Below, piece by piece: positions 1 through 8,845 of a stretch of DNA of 21,233 nt. Location: contig CAZGJX010000080.1 of assembly GCA_964525635.1 (NCBI GenBank), positions 1 to 21,233 on the forward strand, given 5' to 3'. A program made the translations under genes and the position numbers. This DNA is from an uncultured archaeon. GTDB taxonomy: Archaea > Asgardarchaeota > Lokiarchaeia > Sigyniarchaeales > SOKP01. The stretch's first letter is position 1. Each line of letters begins with the position of its first letter. Below the pieces are notes generated by a model, which worked only from the letters and a program-made list of their open reading frames with translations, did no database searches and had not been told where the DNA came from.

Positions 1-117
1 AATTGAAAGAAATCAAAAAAAATAAAAAGATTAAAAGTTAAAATTTACTCAATTCATAATTTTTTCTATTTCTAAAGTAAAAAAAATCTTTATGTGTGAA
101 TAAAATTTTTTAATATT

Positions 118-596
118 TTATCTTACAATAATAACATCACATAGGGCTTCATTCAATAATTTAGTACTAATAGTAACTAAAAATATTCTCCTAAATGCAG
201 AATGTCCTCCTTCAGACCCCATAACTAGTAGATCAAAATCTTCATCTTCTATTGTTTCTAATATATAATCCTCTGGAGATTGATCCTCAATTACTCTCAA
301 TTCTACGGGAGTTAACAACCCATCTAATATTTCTCTTGCCTTATCTAACCTTCCTTTTGCTTCTATTTTCTTAGAATCAAATAATTTAGATCTTGGGACA
401 ATAAGCCTTATAGTAAATTATGAGGAAAAACAGAAAGATGAGGGGTAGTTAATTTCTCATAGAAATGATCTTCTAATGCATTAAAAATTACTACTTTAGT
501 TGATTCATCTCCAATTTGATTAACTCTTTAATTTACTCTAAAGGAGTCATCTGATTTATCAATTACCAATAAAAACTTTTTATAAATTTAAACCAT
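118..596 (-). pseudogene. Universal stress protein (UspA family) pseudogene
   Basis: Minus-strand reading from ATG at 596 gives MV*IYKKFLLVIDKSDDSFRVN*RVNQ..., resembling the USP N-terminus FKKILVAIDGS. It has in-frame TAA stops and a frameshift near 415-420. The C-terminal ORF (118..318) has the USP motifs DLLVMGSEG and STKLLNEALCDVIIVR. Confidence 0.8.
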
Positions 597-914
597 CTCA
601 ATATAGTTTAAGATTTTTATAGATCTAATTAATTTAATTAAAGCATGAAAAAATATCTTTAAAAATTATAATTTAATGATTATTTATATTTTATAAGAGA
701 TTTAAGAATTTATTTACTTTTCTAAAATTAACTAGAATTATGATATTTTCAATAAAATTCAAGATTTTTTTTTCAAATATACATTTTTTATATTATAGAA
801 TAAAAATCAATAGATAGGATATATTTCTATTTATTATTAAGAAAAATATAAATATTAATATACTTTCATTTCAAATACTTGATTATCAATTATCTATCCA
901 ATAAAGTATATTAA

Positions 915-1829
915 ATGAAACCTTTAATACTTGTAGTGGATGATGATCCACACATACTAAAATATATTAGAATGATATTAGAATTCAACGAATGTCAGAT
1001 TATTACAGCAGAGAATGGAATTGAGGGTCTGAAAGTCCTCACACAACAAAAAAAAAATCCTGATCTCATCATTAGTGATATAATGATGCCAAAAATGGAC
1101 GGATATGAGTTTTTTAAGGAAATTTCTGATAATCCTAATTTCTGTCATATACCATTTATCTTTTTATCTATTCTTGATTCATCCGAGGATATTCGATTAG
1201 GAAAGATACTTGGAGCAGATGATTATCTTACTAAACCTATTAATGAAAGTGATTTCTCAGCGATAGTTGCCGGTAAAATTAAACGTAGTAAACAAATTCA
1301 ACTAATAAATAAAAAAATAAATGATGACCTTCTTTCAATAGGAATTTCAAAGGATAATCTATCAAATGATAATCTTAATGATGATTATAAGGACTATTTA
1401 ATTATGGTTGAAGTAAATTGGGATGATAGAGTCGGTCCAAAATTAGTAAGTTATTACCCTAAAGGTATTAATTTAGATTTTTCACTCGATAATGTTAGTT
1501 TTCAACTCTATGAGGCAATCAGTGCAATGTATGGTCAAGATAAAATACTAAATGCAGAAGGTCTTTTATTAAATTTAAAAAACTTTAAAATTATGGCGTA
1601 TGTTTATTTTGATTCATATCCAGATGAATCTTACAGAGGTGGAAGAAAGGATTATATGTTATCAATTATTGCACCTAAAATTACATATATACAATCTTTA
1701 AAACTCAAAAAAGTGTTTATGAACATATCTTCTATGTATAAGGAAAAGGGAAAATTGAATATTAAAGCATTTTGGAATCAAATTTTAGATATATTTAAAA
1801 GCCCAACTGTAAAAATTAAAACAGGTTAG
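915..1829 (+). CDS. Response regulator receiver domain fused to a C-terminal longin/uDENN-like domain
   Basis: Intact REC domain: VVDDD, PDLIISD55IMMPKMDG, FLS, ADDYLTK107P. The C-terminal ~140 aa begin with W-D-D-R-V-G-P-K-L-V-S-Y-Y-P (uDENN/longin F-x4-G-P hairpin pattern) and contain DESYRGGRKDYMLSII. REC is certain; the longin assignment is by motif and secondary-structure pattern. Confidence 0.85.
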   Translation: MKPLILVVDDDPHILKYIRMILEFNECQIITAENGIEGLKVLTQQKKNPDLIISDIMMPKMDGYEFFKEISDNPNFCHIPFIFLSILDSSEDIRLGKILGADDYLTKPINESDFSAIVAGKIKRSKQIQLINKKINDDLLSIGISKDNLSNDNLNDDYKDYLIMVEVNWDDRVGPKLVSYYPKGINLDFSLDNVSFQLYEAISAMYGQDKILNAEGLLLNLKNFKIMAYVYFDSYPDESYRGGRKDYMLSIIAPKITYIQSLKLKKVFMNISSMYKEKGKLNIKAFWNQILDIFKSPTVKIKTG

Positions 1830-2380
1830 ATATCAAAGGCTTTTTTAATACTATTTAAATCAAAAATCGTTGTATCATAGGTCTGGTATTGTGTATTAGT
1901 AGTTTGTAAAAAGGGATGAATTTTTTCTATAAATTTATTTTTTAGATTCTTCTCTTTTGGATCATAGTTAGGATCCATCTTATGAAAAAGGAGAATGATT
2001 TTTGCATCAGGACTGTATTTTTGAATAAGTTGATGAACTGCCATGAAATACATAGTAGAATTAAAAAATCGATAATAATCCTGAACATCTACTACATAAT
2101 AGAAAAACGAGATCTCATAAAAATATGATTCAGGATCTTCTAAATAATAATTTCTAAATAACTCTTGACCTCCAAAATCCCAAACCATTATATTTTTTTG
2201 AGGAAGTAATTTTCTTTTTACATTTTTTGTTGGAGTCATATTCGGTGGATAATCGGGATCTATATCAGGCATTTCAATTATATAATCTACGATTGTGGTT
2301 TTTCCAGCGTTTTCCATACCCATAATTACTAATTTACTGGGTTCTTTTTGATTATTAACATCATCCATTTGAAATCTCAT
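1826..2380 (-). CDS. Ras-superfamily small GTPase, Rag/Gtr1-like (Arf/Rag-related), G-domain only
   Basis: G1 GMENAGKT, G2 PT, G3 WDFGGQ, G4 HKMD, G5 TTIFD. HKMD and T(S/T)I(F/W)D are typical of Rag GTPases. Confidence 0.85.
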   Translation of the reverse strand: MRFQMDDVNNQKEPSKLVIMGMENAGKTTIVDYIIEMPDIDPDYPPNMTPTKNVKRKLLPQKNIMVWDFGGQELFRNYYLEDPESYFYEISFFYYVVDVQDYYRFFNSTMYFMAVHQLIQKYSPDAKIILLFHKMDPNYDPKEKNLKNKFIEKIHPFLQTTNTQYQTYDTTIFDLNSIKKAFDI

Positions 2381-2502
2381 CTCTTTTTTTTATTCTCTCT
2401 ACTTCGAATATATAGATGAAATTATCTAGTTAAATATTTAAATTATTTGAACAAAAAATTTAAAATTCTAAAATTTTATAAATTTTCTATTGATACTAAT
2501 GC

Positions 2503-3867
2503 TTATTCTAATTCTTCTAATTCATCAAAAGTACTATCAATTTCATCAATTATATCTGTAAAGTTGATGTTCTTTTGTATTTCAGATACCATATTTTTAA
2601 TGGTAATTTTTCTTTGTTCCATTTCCTTAGGACCAATTATAATAGATATCAAAACACCTAGATCATTTGCTTTACTTAATTGATTCCCTAAACTTTCGAA
2701 TCTATAATCTATAATACATGAAAAATCTTCTTTTCTTAACTTTTCAGCTATTTCACGAGCGTATGGGGCAACATTTTTATTAATCGAAGCAATGTATATT
2801 ATGTCAGAGTAATCATTTTCAGCTATATCATCAGGTATTAAATCATATGTTTCAAGAAAGAGTTTTAAAATTAAAACCCCCATCCCAAAACCGATCCCTG
2901 ATAAGTCTTCATTAGAAAATAAAGACAATAAATCATCATAACGACCTCCTCCAAAAATAGCTCTTCTATTTTCTTTACCTGTATCAAATACTTCAAAAAC
3001 AGTACCAGTATAATAATCAAGTCCTCTAACAACGCCTGATGAAAATGAACAATAATTAGAAAGATTAGATGTTTGAATTAAATTTTCTAATTCTATCAAT
3101 TCTTTATATCCTTGAGATTTAAAAAAATCGTCTGGTATTTTTTCAAAAGATTCTAGAAGGATTTTTAAATTGGTAGCATCCTTTAATTTAAATATTCCTT
3201 GGATAATATAATCATCTTGAAAATAATCAAGAATATATTTTTCAAATTCTGTTTCTTCCATCTTAGAAGATTTGTCTAGAATTTTATAAATAATTGATAT
3301 TTTATCTTTAGGAACTTTTAGAATATACTCACATATCGCATCAATAAGTCGTCTATTATTGAAATAGATCTGAAATTGTTCTGGACTAGCTCCAAAGTTA
3401 GTTAAAATATCAACAATGATATTTAAAACTTCTAAATCAGCATATATACTATTTTCACCTAATATATCAACATTAATTTGAATAAATTCCCTCCTACGAC
3501 CTCTTTGAGGGGCCTCATATCGATAACAGGTAGGAACAGAATACCATCTTATTGGTTTTTTAAACTCTTGTTTTTTTTTCGAAATCATTCGTGCAAGTGT
3601 TGGAGTAATTTCAGGTCTTAATATTAACTTATTTCCTTTTTTATCTTTAACCCAAAAAGCTTGTTCTTGAACTAATTCTTCAGAAGATTTAGCAGCAAAT
3701 ATCTCAATGGGTTCCAATAGTGGTCCAGAATATTCCTCATAACAATAGAGTTCAATTATATCTCTTATTTGATCTATAATCCAATTATTAATCCTTAAAT
3801 CTGAAGGATATGAATCCTCCATACCTCTTAGAGGTAAAGTCGAAAATCTTTTCTTATCTTCTTCCAT
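2503..3867 (-). CDS. hisS: Histidine--tRNA ligase
   Basis: Motifs LRGMED, LRPEITPTLAR, YRYEAPQRGRRREFIQ, VRGLDYYTG, GGGRYD, GIGFGMG and a C-terminal anticodon-binding domain. The probable start is the Met at 3867 (MEEDKKRF), not the ORF-track start at 3960. Confidence 0.96.
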   Translation of the reverse strand: MEEDKKRFSTLPLRGMEDSYPSDLRINNWIIDQIRDIIELYCYEEYSGPLLEPIEIFAAKSSEELVQEQAFWVKDKKGNKLILRPEITPTLARMISKKKQEFKKPIRWYSVPTCYRYEAPQRGRRREFIQINVDILGENSIYADLEVLNIIVDILTNFGASPEQFQIYFNNRRLIDAICEYILKVPKDKISIIYKILDKSSKMEETEFEKYILDYFQDDYIIQGIFKLKDATNLKILLESFEKIPDDFFKSQGYKELIELENLIQTSNLSNYCSFSSGVVRGLDYYTGTVFEVFDTGKENRRAIFGGGRYDDLLSLFSNEDLSGIGFGMGVLILKLFLETYDLIPDDIAENDYSDIIYIASINKNVAPYAREIAEKLRKEDFSCIIDYRFESLGNQLSKANDLGVLISIIIGPKEMEQRKITIKNMVSEIQKNINFTDIIDEIDSTFDELEELE

Positions 3868-4034
3868 CAAGTTATAATAAAGTAAGTTCAAAATTAAATA
3901 TTCTCTAAAATCAAATAGAGAAGACCAATATAAATCTACTAATATTAATCTTTCCAGCATTAATTCTTTTATATATTGGATTAAAAAGGATAAAAAAATT
4001 AAATTATTATTTCATATTTTTTTCCTTTACTAAT

Positions 4035-4334
4035 TCAAATTTGATTTAATTTAGAATTTCTCTTTGATCTTAATTTTCCTGCAATTATTAATAGTAAAAT
4101 TGAAATTATTAAGAAGTTAATACCCCAAGGATTATTAAAAATATCCTTAAATATAGAAACAGTATTTTCTAAGGGATCGATAATAAACATATGAATTGTA
4201 AAATAGAGAAAAGTTACTAGCTTAAAACTAAGAAAAAGAAATTTGCTTTGATAGCATATAAAATAAATAATAATAAGAAATATGTAGCAAATAAAAATTC
4301 CATTATAATATTCTTCTATAACTGTTGTAATCTT
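4035..4334 (-). pseudogene. Start-less 99-codon hydrophobic open frame, probable remnant of a small membrane protein
   Basis: Stop-to-stop frame KITTVIEEYYNGIFICYIFLIIIYFICYQ...NNPWGINFLIISILLLIIAGKLRSKRNSKLNQI* with TM-like segments and a basic tail. No ATG, GTG or TTG near its 5' end. Confidence 0.35.
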
Positions 4335-4432
4335 TTATTAAATAAACTAATAAATTTTGATGATTTTTATCAGAATCATTTAATTTTATGGTTTTATTAT
4401 CTCAATGAATTATCATAAATATTTATATCTAA

Positions 4433-4446
4433 TGAATAATTATTCA
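4433..4446. promoter_or_regulatory. Palindromic operator TGAATAATTATTCA (copy 1)
   Basis: Perfect 14-bp palindrome 25 bp upstream of the ATG at 4472; identical copies at 7818, 10861 and 13371. Confidence 0.8.
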
Positions 4447-4471
4447 GAAATAAAATAAGATTAAAGAGAAC

Positions 4472-4831
4472 ATGACAAGAATAATCGGAATTCCTGCTGA
4501 TGGGCCAGAACTAATAGATAATATATCTGATCATTTTGGACATTGTAATTACTTTGTTGGTGTTGAAACTGATAATAATAATTTAAATAAAACCTTTTCA
4601 ATAAGAAATGAAGGTCATTCTAGTTGTATGGAACCTGTGTTAAATATGAGAGAGAGAAATGTAACTGATATGATCATTGGGGATATTGGGGAAAGACCCT
4701 ATATGAGATTTCTTAAAGTTGTAATTAATCTTTTTCAAGGGCTTCGAGGTAAAACAATAAAGGAAAATATTGAATTTTTATTAGAAGGAAAATTAAACGA
4801 ATTAAAAGGATCAAGTTGTAATAATCATTAA
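4472..4831 (+). CDS. NifB/NifX (IPR003731) family Fe/Mo-cofactor-binding protein
   Basis: IGIPADG...ISDHFGHCNYF motif, GHSSC, and C-terminal SSCNNH. Confidence 0.85.
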   Translation: MTRIIGIPADGPELIDNISDHFGHCNYFVGVETDNNNLNKTFSIRNEGHSSCMEPVLNMRERNVTDMIIGDIGERPYMRFLKVVINLFQGLRGKTIKENIEFLLEGKLNELKGSSCNNH

Positions 4832-4964
4832 ATTGATAATTTTAGAATATTTATTTTATTTATATAATACAATTAATAGTTTGCAAAAATGATATTTAAC
4901 TTTCGAAATTGAATAGGATATAAATCTTAAACTATTGTCTTCGAAAAAAATCAATTGATCTAAT

Positions 4965-5384
4965 ATGGGAAGAAGAATTCGTAGAAGATGGGTAAAATAC
5001 ACACCTAATAATTTTTATTTTCCTGATGCAAGACCATCAAATGAAGATTCTATTATATTAACAATTTCTGAATTTGAGGCTATGCGTCTTAAACATTATT
5101 TAAATTTAGATCAAAAAGCAGCAGCAGATGAAATGGGAATTAGTCAACCAACATTTTCTCGTATTCTTGAAACTGCTCATCAAAAGACAACTCAAGCTCT
5201 TATAGAAGGTAAAGATATTAAAGTTCATGGAGGCAATTTTGATTACAAAGTAAGTTTTGTAGGATATGGATGTATAGATTGTAACCATGAATGGGAGGAT
5301 CAAACTGCATCAAAAGATAAAAAAGTTAATTGCGTTAAATGTAATTCTAAAAATGTCTATTTATTCATTAGAGAACAAATTTAA
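4965..5384 (+). CDS. DUF134 (UPF0251) predicted DNA-binding protein with C-terminal CxxC...CxxC zinc-ribbon-like domain
   Basis: MGRRIRRR start, EFEAMRL, HTH QKAAADEMGISQPTFSRIL, ALIEGKDI..GG, then CIDC and CVKC. Confidence 0.88.
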   Translation: MGRRIRRRWVKYTPNNFYFPDARPSNEDSIILTISEFEAMRLKHYLNLDQKAAADEMGISQPTFSRILETAHQKTTQALIEGKDIKVHGGNFDYKVSFVGYGCIDCNHEWEDQTASKDKKVNCVKCNSKNVYLFIREQI

Positions 5385-5434
5385 TTTACTTCTGTTAATT
5401 ATTTTTTATAAATCTCTTTGAAAAATAATAATAA

Positions 5435-6355
5435 TCAATTCAAAAAAGCTTTTTTTAACTTTAAATAAATTTCATTAATAGCTATACTTGCTTTTGATTT
5501 AGGATCATATTCAACTACAGATTGTGCAAAAGACATTGCTTTAGCTATAGAAAAATCAAATGGAATCCTTCCAATAATATCAAATCCAGTTTCATCAATA
5601 TATTGTTTAAATTCTTTTTGAAAAGGACTTTTTAAATCAGCTTTATTGATAATAATACCGAAAGGGATACCAAACTGTTTTATAACCTCAATTGCTCTAA
5701 TAAGATCATGTAAGCCCGATGGTGTTGGTTCCGTAATTGTTATTACATAATCTAATCCAGAAACGGTAGCTATAACAGGACATCCGATTCCTGGAGGGCC
5801 ATCAATTAAAACCATATTATATTCCTCAAAATTTTCAATATTCTTTATATATGATTTACATTCCGTTACTAATTTACCTGAAGTTGTACTTCCCAATCTC
5901 GTTTTTCCATAGATCAATGGTGCTCCCATATCAGATATATAAGAAATGATTTCACCACTTTTAACAGGATTTATTATAAAAGCATTTTCGGGGCATAATA
6001 CTTTACAAGCACCACATCCTTCACATGATAAATAATTTAATTGAGGTATTCTATTGACATCATCCCAACTTAAAGCGTTAAATTCACAAAATTGTTCATC
6101 AATACATCGTTTACAATGGGTGCATTTTTCATTTTCAAACGTGGCTTTTAAAGTATTATATACGTCTTCTCGTTTAATATCATTATTAGATTTTGATGGA
6201 AGGATTAAAGCCAAATTAGGAGCATCTACATCACAATCTATAATGATTGTTTTTAAGGCAGGATCTTTATTTATCAAAGTTGCAAGAGATGCAACAAGAG
6301 AAGTTTTACCAACACCTCCTTTTCCTGAAACCACTCCAATCATTTTTTTTTTCAA
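5435..6355 (-). CDS. MinD/ParA-superfamily P-loop ATPase with inserted 2x[4Fe-4S] ferredoxin domain
   Basis: [61 protein letters not shown] start with a GAGGTG RBS. Confidence 0.92.
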   Translation of the reverse strand: MKKKMIGVVSGKGGVGKTSLVASLATLINKDPALKTIIIDCDVDAPNLALILPSKSNNDIKREDVYNTLKATFENEKCTHCKRCIDEQFCEFNALSWDDVNRIPQLNYLSCEGCGACKVLCPENAFIINPVKSGEIISYISDMGAPLIYGKTRLGSTTSGKLVTECKSYIKNIENFEEYNMVLIDGPPGIGCPVIATVSGLDYVITITEPTPSGLHDLIRAIEVIKQFGIPFGIIINKADLKSPFQKEFKQYIDETGFDIIGRIPFDFSIAKAMSFAQSVVEYDPKSKASIAINEIYLKLKKAFLN

Positions 6356-7275
6356 TTTTCGATACTCACCTCTTTATTGTTTAACCATTCTAATAAATTT
6401 CTAAATATATTTTGAAATGATTTATATCCTTCATTTTCTCTATTAAAATCATTTTTTTCATCCATTAGAGGCATTCCTTGACAATATGATAATACAATAT
6501 CATCATCTAAAGGAATATCACCAAGAATATTTATCTTATTTTCATCCAACTCTTTTAAAAATAATTCTCTAAAGCCCAATAATGAAGAACGATTAATTAT
6601 AACACGATAATCTTTCTCTAAAAGTTTTATTAACTCTATGATTCTGAATAAATCTAATTTTCCAAATTTTGTAGGTTCGGTAACAGGTATGATCAAATCA
6701 GATTTATTTATTAATAGTTCCACATCACAATGAGCTCCTGGAGCTGTATCAAGAATAATTATATCAAATTTATTGATAATATCATCTAATCTTTCGAGAA
6801 GATTTTCAATTATAGCAGCAGAACGTGCTTCAGATGGTACTAATTCCCCAACCATAAGTGATAGATTATTATCTGTTGAATAATATGTCCATCCTATTAT
6901 TTTAAAATCCTCTTCAATTGCTTTTTGAGGACATATCTTATAACATAATTTACATCCCGAACATACTGTTAATATTGGAATTGGGTAAGCATCTTTCACA
7001 TGTAATAGTGCATGGGTAGCACAATTTTCAGCACATAATCCACATTTATAACAGAATTCTTCTATTATTTTTGGCTTAAAAAAGTATACTGGTTTATTAT
7101 TTTCTAATTTCCTACCCAATAATAAATATGTGTTAGGATTATCAACATCTCCATCTATTAGAAGAACATTTTTTCCTTCGTTTTTAAACATAATTGCTAG
7201 ATTAACGGCAACTAATGTTTTACCTGTCCCTCCTTTTCCTCCTGTAATACAAATTATTTTTGAATTATCAGACAT
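6352..7275 (-). CDS. MinD/ParA-superfamily P-loop ATPase with inserted 2x[4Fe-4S] ferredoxin domain (partner of the downstream paralog)
   Basis: GGKGGTGKT, DGDVDNPN, CYKCGLCAENC, CSGCKLCYKICP, DTAPGAHC, VTEPT. Overlaps the next gene by 4 nt. Confidence 0.92.
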   Translation of the reverse strand: MSDNSKIICITGGKGGTGKTLVAVNLAIMFKNEGKNVLLIDGDVDNPNTYLLLGRKLENNKPVYFFKPKIIEEFCYKCGLCAENCATHALLHVKDAYPIPILTVCSGCKLCYKICPQKAIEEDFKIIGWTYYSTDNNLSLMVGELVPSEARSAAIIENLLERLDDIINKFDIIILDTAPGAHCDVELLINKSDLIIPVTEPTKFGKLDLFRIIELIKLLEKDYRVIINRSSLLGFRELFLKELDENKINILGDIPLDDDIVLSYCQGMPLMDEKNDFNRENEGYKSFQNIFRNLLEWLNNKEVSIEN

Positions 7276-7357
7276 TGTCTACTTTTTACTGTTTATATAA
7301 AATCAATAATTTTATTATTAATTGTGTTGAATATCGAATAATAGACTTAGTTAAAAT

Positions 7358-7759
7358 TTATTTGGGTATATTTTCTTCCATACCATTATGAGAATTAACA
7401 TTTGAAGAAATTAATTCTTTTAATTGACCTTTAATATAAAGATCTACTACATTTTTTATTGAAATTTCTTCTTCCTTTATTTCAAAAACTTTTATATTAA
7501 AAGCTTTAATTGCTTTGTCAGCATTCGGACCCAAAAACCCAATTATTAAAACTTCTGCTTTGTTTTCTCCAACAATTTGAGCCGCTTGTATACCTGCACC
7601 TCCCATTGATTTAGAAGCATAATTACTTAAAATTTTAACTGACTTTATATTATTATTTTCTAATTCAACAAATGTAAAACAAGGACATCTTCCAAAACGT
7701 GGATTTAGCTTATCATTTAATCCACCATTATCCATTGAAGGAATTGCAATAACAACCAT
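7358..7759 (-). CDS. NifB/NifX family protein (MTH1175/Orange-protein-like)
   Basis: IAIPS...LNPRFGRCPCF, GGAGIQAAQ, GFLGPNA. Lies directly upstream of the two Fe-S ATPases, as in ORP-type clusters. Confidence 0.88.
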   Translation of the reverse strand: MVVIAIPSMDNGGLNDKLNPRFGRCPCFTFVELENNNIKSVKILSNYASKSMGGAGIQAAQIVGENKAEVLIIGFLGPNADKAIKAFNIKVFEIKEEEISIKNVVDLYIKGQLKELISSNVNSHNGMEENIPK

Positions 7760-7817
7760 TTTTTAAAAGCCTATTATTAATTGTTTTATGTTTAAATTAT
7801 AGTTATATAAATTATTC

Positions 7818-7831
7818 TGAATAATTATTCA
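7818..7831. promoter_or_regulatory. Palindromic operator TGAATAATTATTCA (copy 2) in a divergent promoter
   Basis: Exact palindrome between divergent genes 7759(-) and 7942(+). A minus-strand TATA-like TTTATATA begins 6 bp beyond it. Confidence 0.85.
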
Positions 7832-7941
7832 TAATAATAAACTTATTAAAATATTTAAATTTAATCTAAATTGAAACTAAAAATTAAATTAAAATTAAAT
7901 TATAGTAATAAAAGAATATAAATAAAAAAAGGTAGACAAAT

Positions 7942-8814
7942 ATGGAAAATCAGAAAATTCCGGATGTTGATTTAAAAGAAACCATTAAACAAGGAAAGAA
8001 AGAAATGATAGATCAACAAACAAAAGATATCAATGAAAATATGGAGAAAATTAAACATAAAATAGTTATTATTTCAGGTAAAGGGGGAGTAGGAAAAACA
8101 ACTGTAGCAGTTAATTTAGCAATGAGTCTTGCAAGTGTTGGTAATAAGGTTGGAATATTAGATGTAGATATTACTGGTCCAAATATCAATAAAATGTTGG
8201 GGATTGATTCAACTTTAAAACCAAGAATTGATCCTGGAATGAAAAAATTCTATCCTGTTGATGGACCATTAAATACTAAAGTAATGAGTATGGCCTTTCT
8301 TATCGAGAGTGCAGATTCACCTGTAATTTGGAGAGGTCCAATGAAAATGGGAGCTGTAAGGCAGTTTCTTGGAGATGCTATATGGGGAAATTTAGACTAT
8401 TTAATATGTGATTTACCTCCCGGAACTTCAGATGAAACTTTAGATATTTTACAACTCATTCCTGATGAGAATGTAATAGTTGTTTCAACGCCTCAAGAAG
8501 TGGCACTAATGGATGCCCGAAAAACCATAAAAATGGCTCAAATTATGCAAAGAAATGTTTTGGGAATTATTGAAAATATGTCGGGATTCCGATGCCCTCA
8601 TTGTAGCAAGGAAATTGATCTTTATCCCCCGGGAGGTGCAGAAAAAGCAGCAAAGGATTTTAATATTGAGCTTTTAGGAAAAATTCCTTTTGATATTAAT
8701 GTAAGTATACAAGGTGATGAAGGTTTACCTTTTGTAATTAAACATGCTGATAATGAAAGTTCTAAATCTTTTAAAGAGATAGTAGATAAAATTCAGATAC
8801 TTTTGGAAAAATAA
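7942..8814 (+). CDS. mrp: Mrp/ApbC/NBP35 family Fe-S cluster carrier ATPase
   Basis: [49 protein letters not shown]. Confidence 0.95.
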   Translation: MENQKIPDVDLKETIKQGKKEMIDQQTKDINENMEKIKHKIVIISGKGGVGKTTVAVNLAMSLASVGNKVGILDVDITGPNINKMLGIDSTLKPRIDPGMKKFYPVDGPLNTKVMSMAFLIESADSPVIWRGPMKMGAVRQFLGDAIWGNLDYLICDLPPGTSDETLDILQLIPDENVIVVSTPQEVALMDARKTIKMAQIMQRNVLGIIENMSGFRCPHCSKEIDLYPPGGAEKAAKDFNIELLGKIPFDINVSIQGDEGLPFVIKHADNESSKSFKEIVDKIQILLEK

Positions 8815-8845
8815 AATAAAACAATAATTAAAAAAAAAAATAAGT

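Noticed and set aside
1353-1385. Short imperfect repeat (DNLSNDNLNDD) in the REC-longin linker
   Set aside because: Ordinary low-complexity linker.
2447-2683. 78-aa plus-strand ORF
   Set aside because: Antisense shadow of the hisS 3' end; no motifs.
3868-3960. 31-aa N-terminal extension of HisRS in the ORF track
   Set aside because: Does not resemble HisRS; homology starts just after the Met at 3867.
5106-5303. 65-aa minus-strand ORF
   Set aside because: Antisense to the DUF134 gene.
6054-6404. 116-aa plus-strand ORF
   Set aside because: Antisense to the Fe-S ATPase genes.
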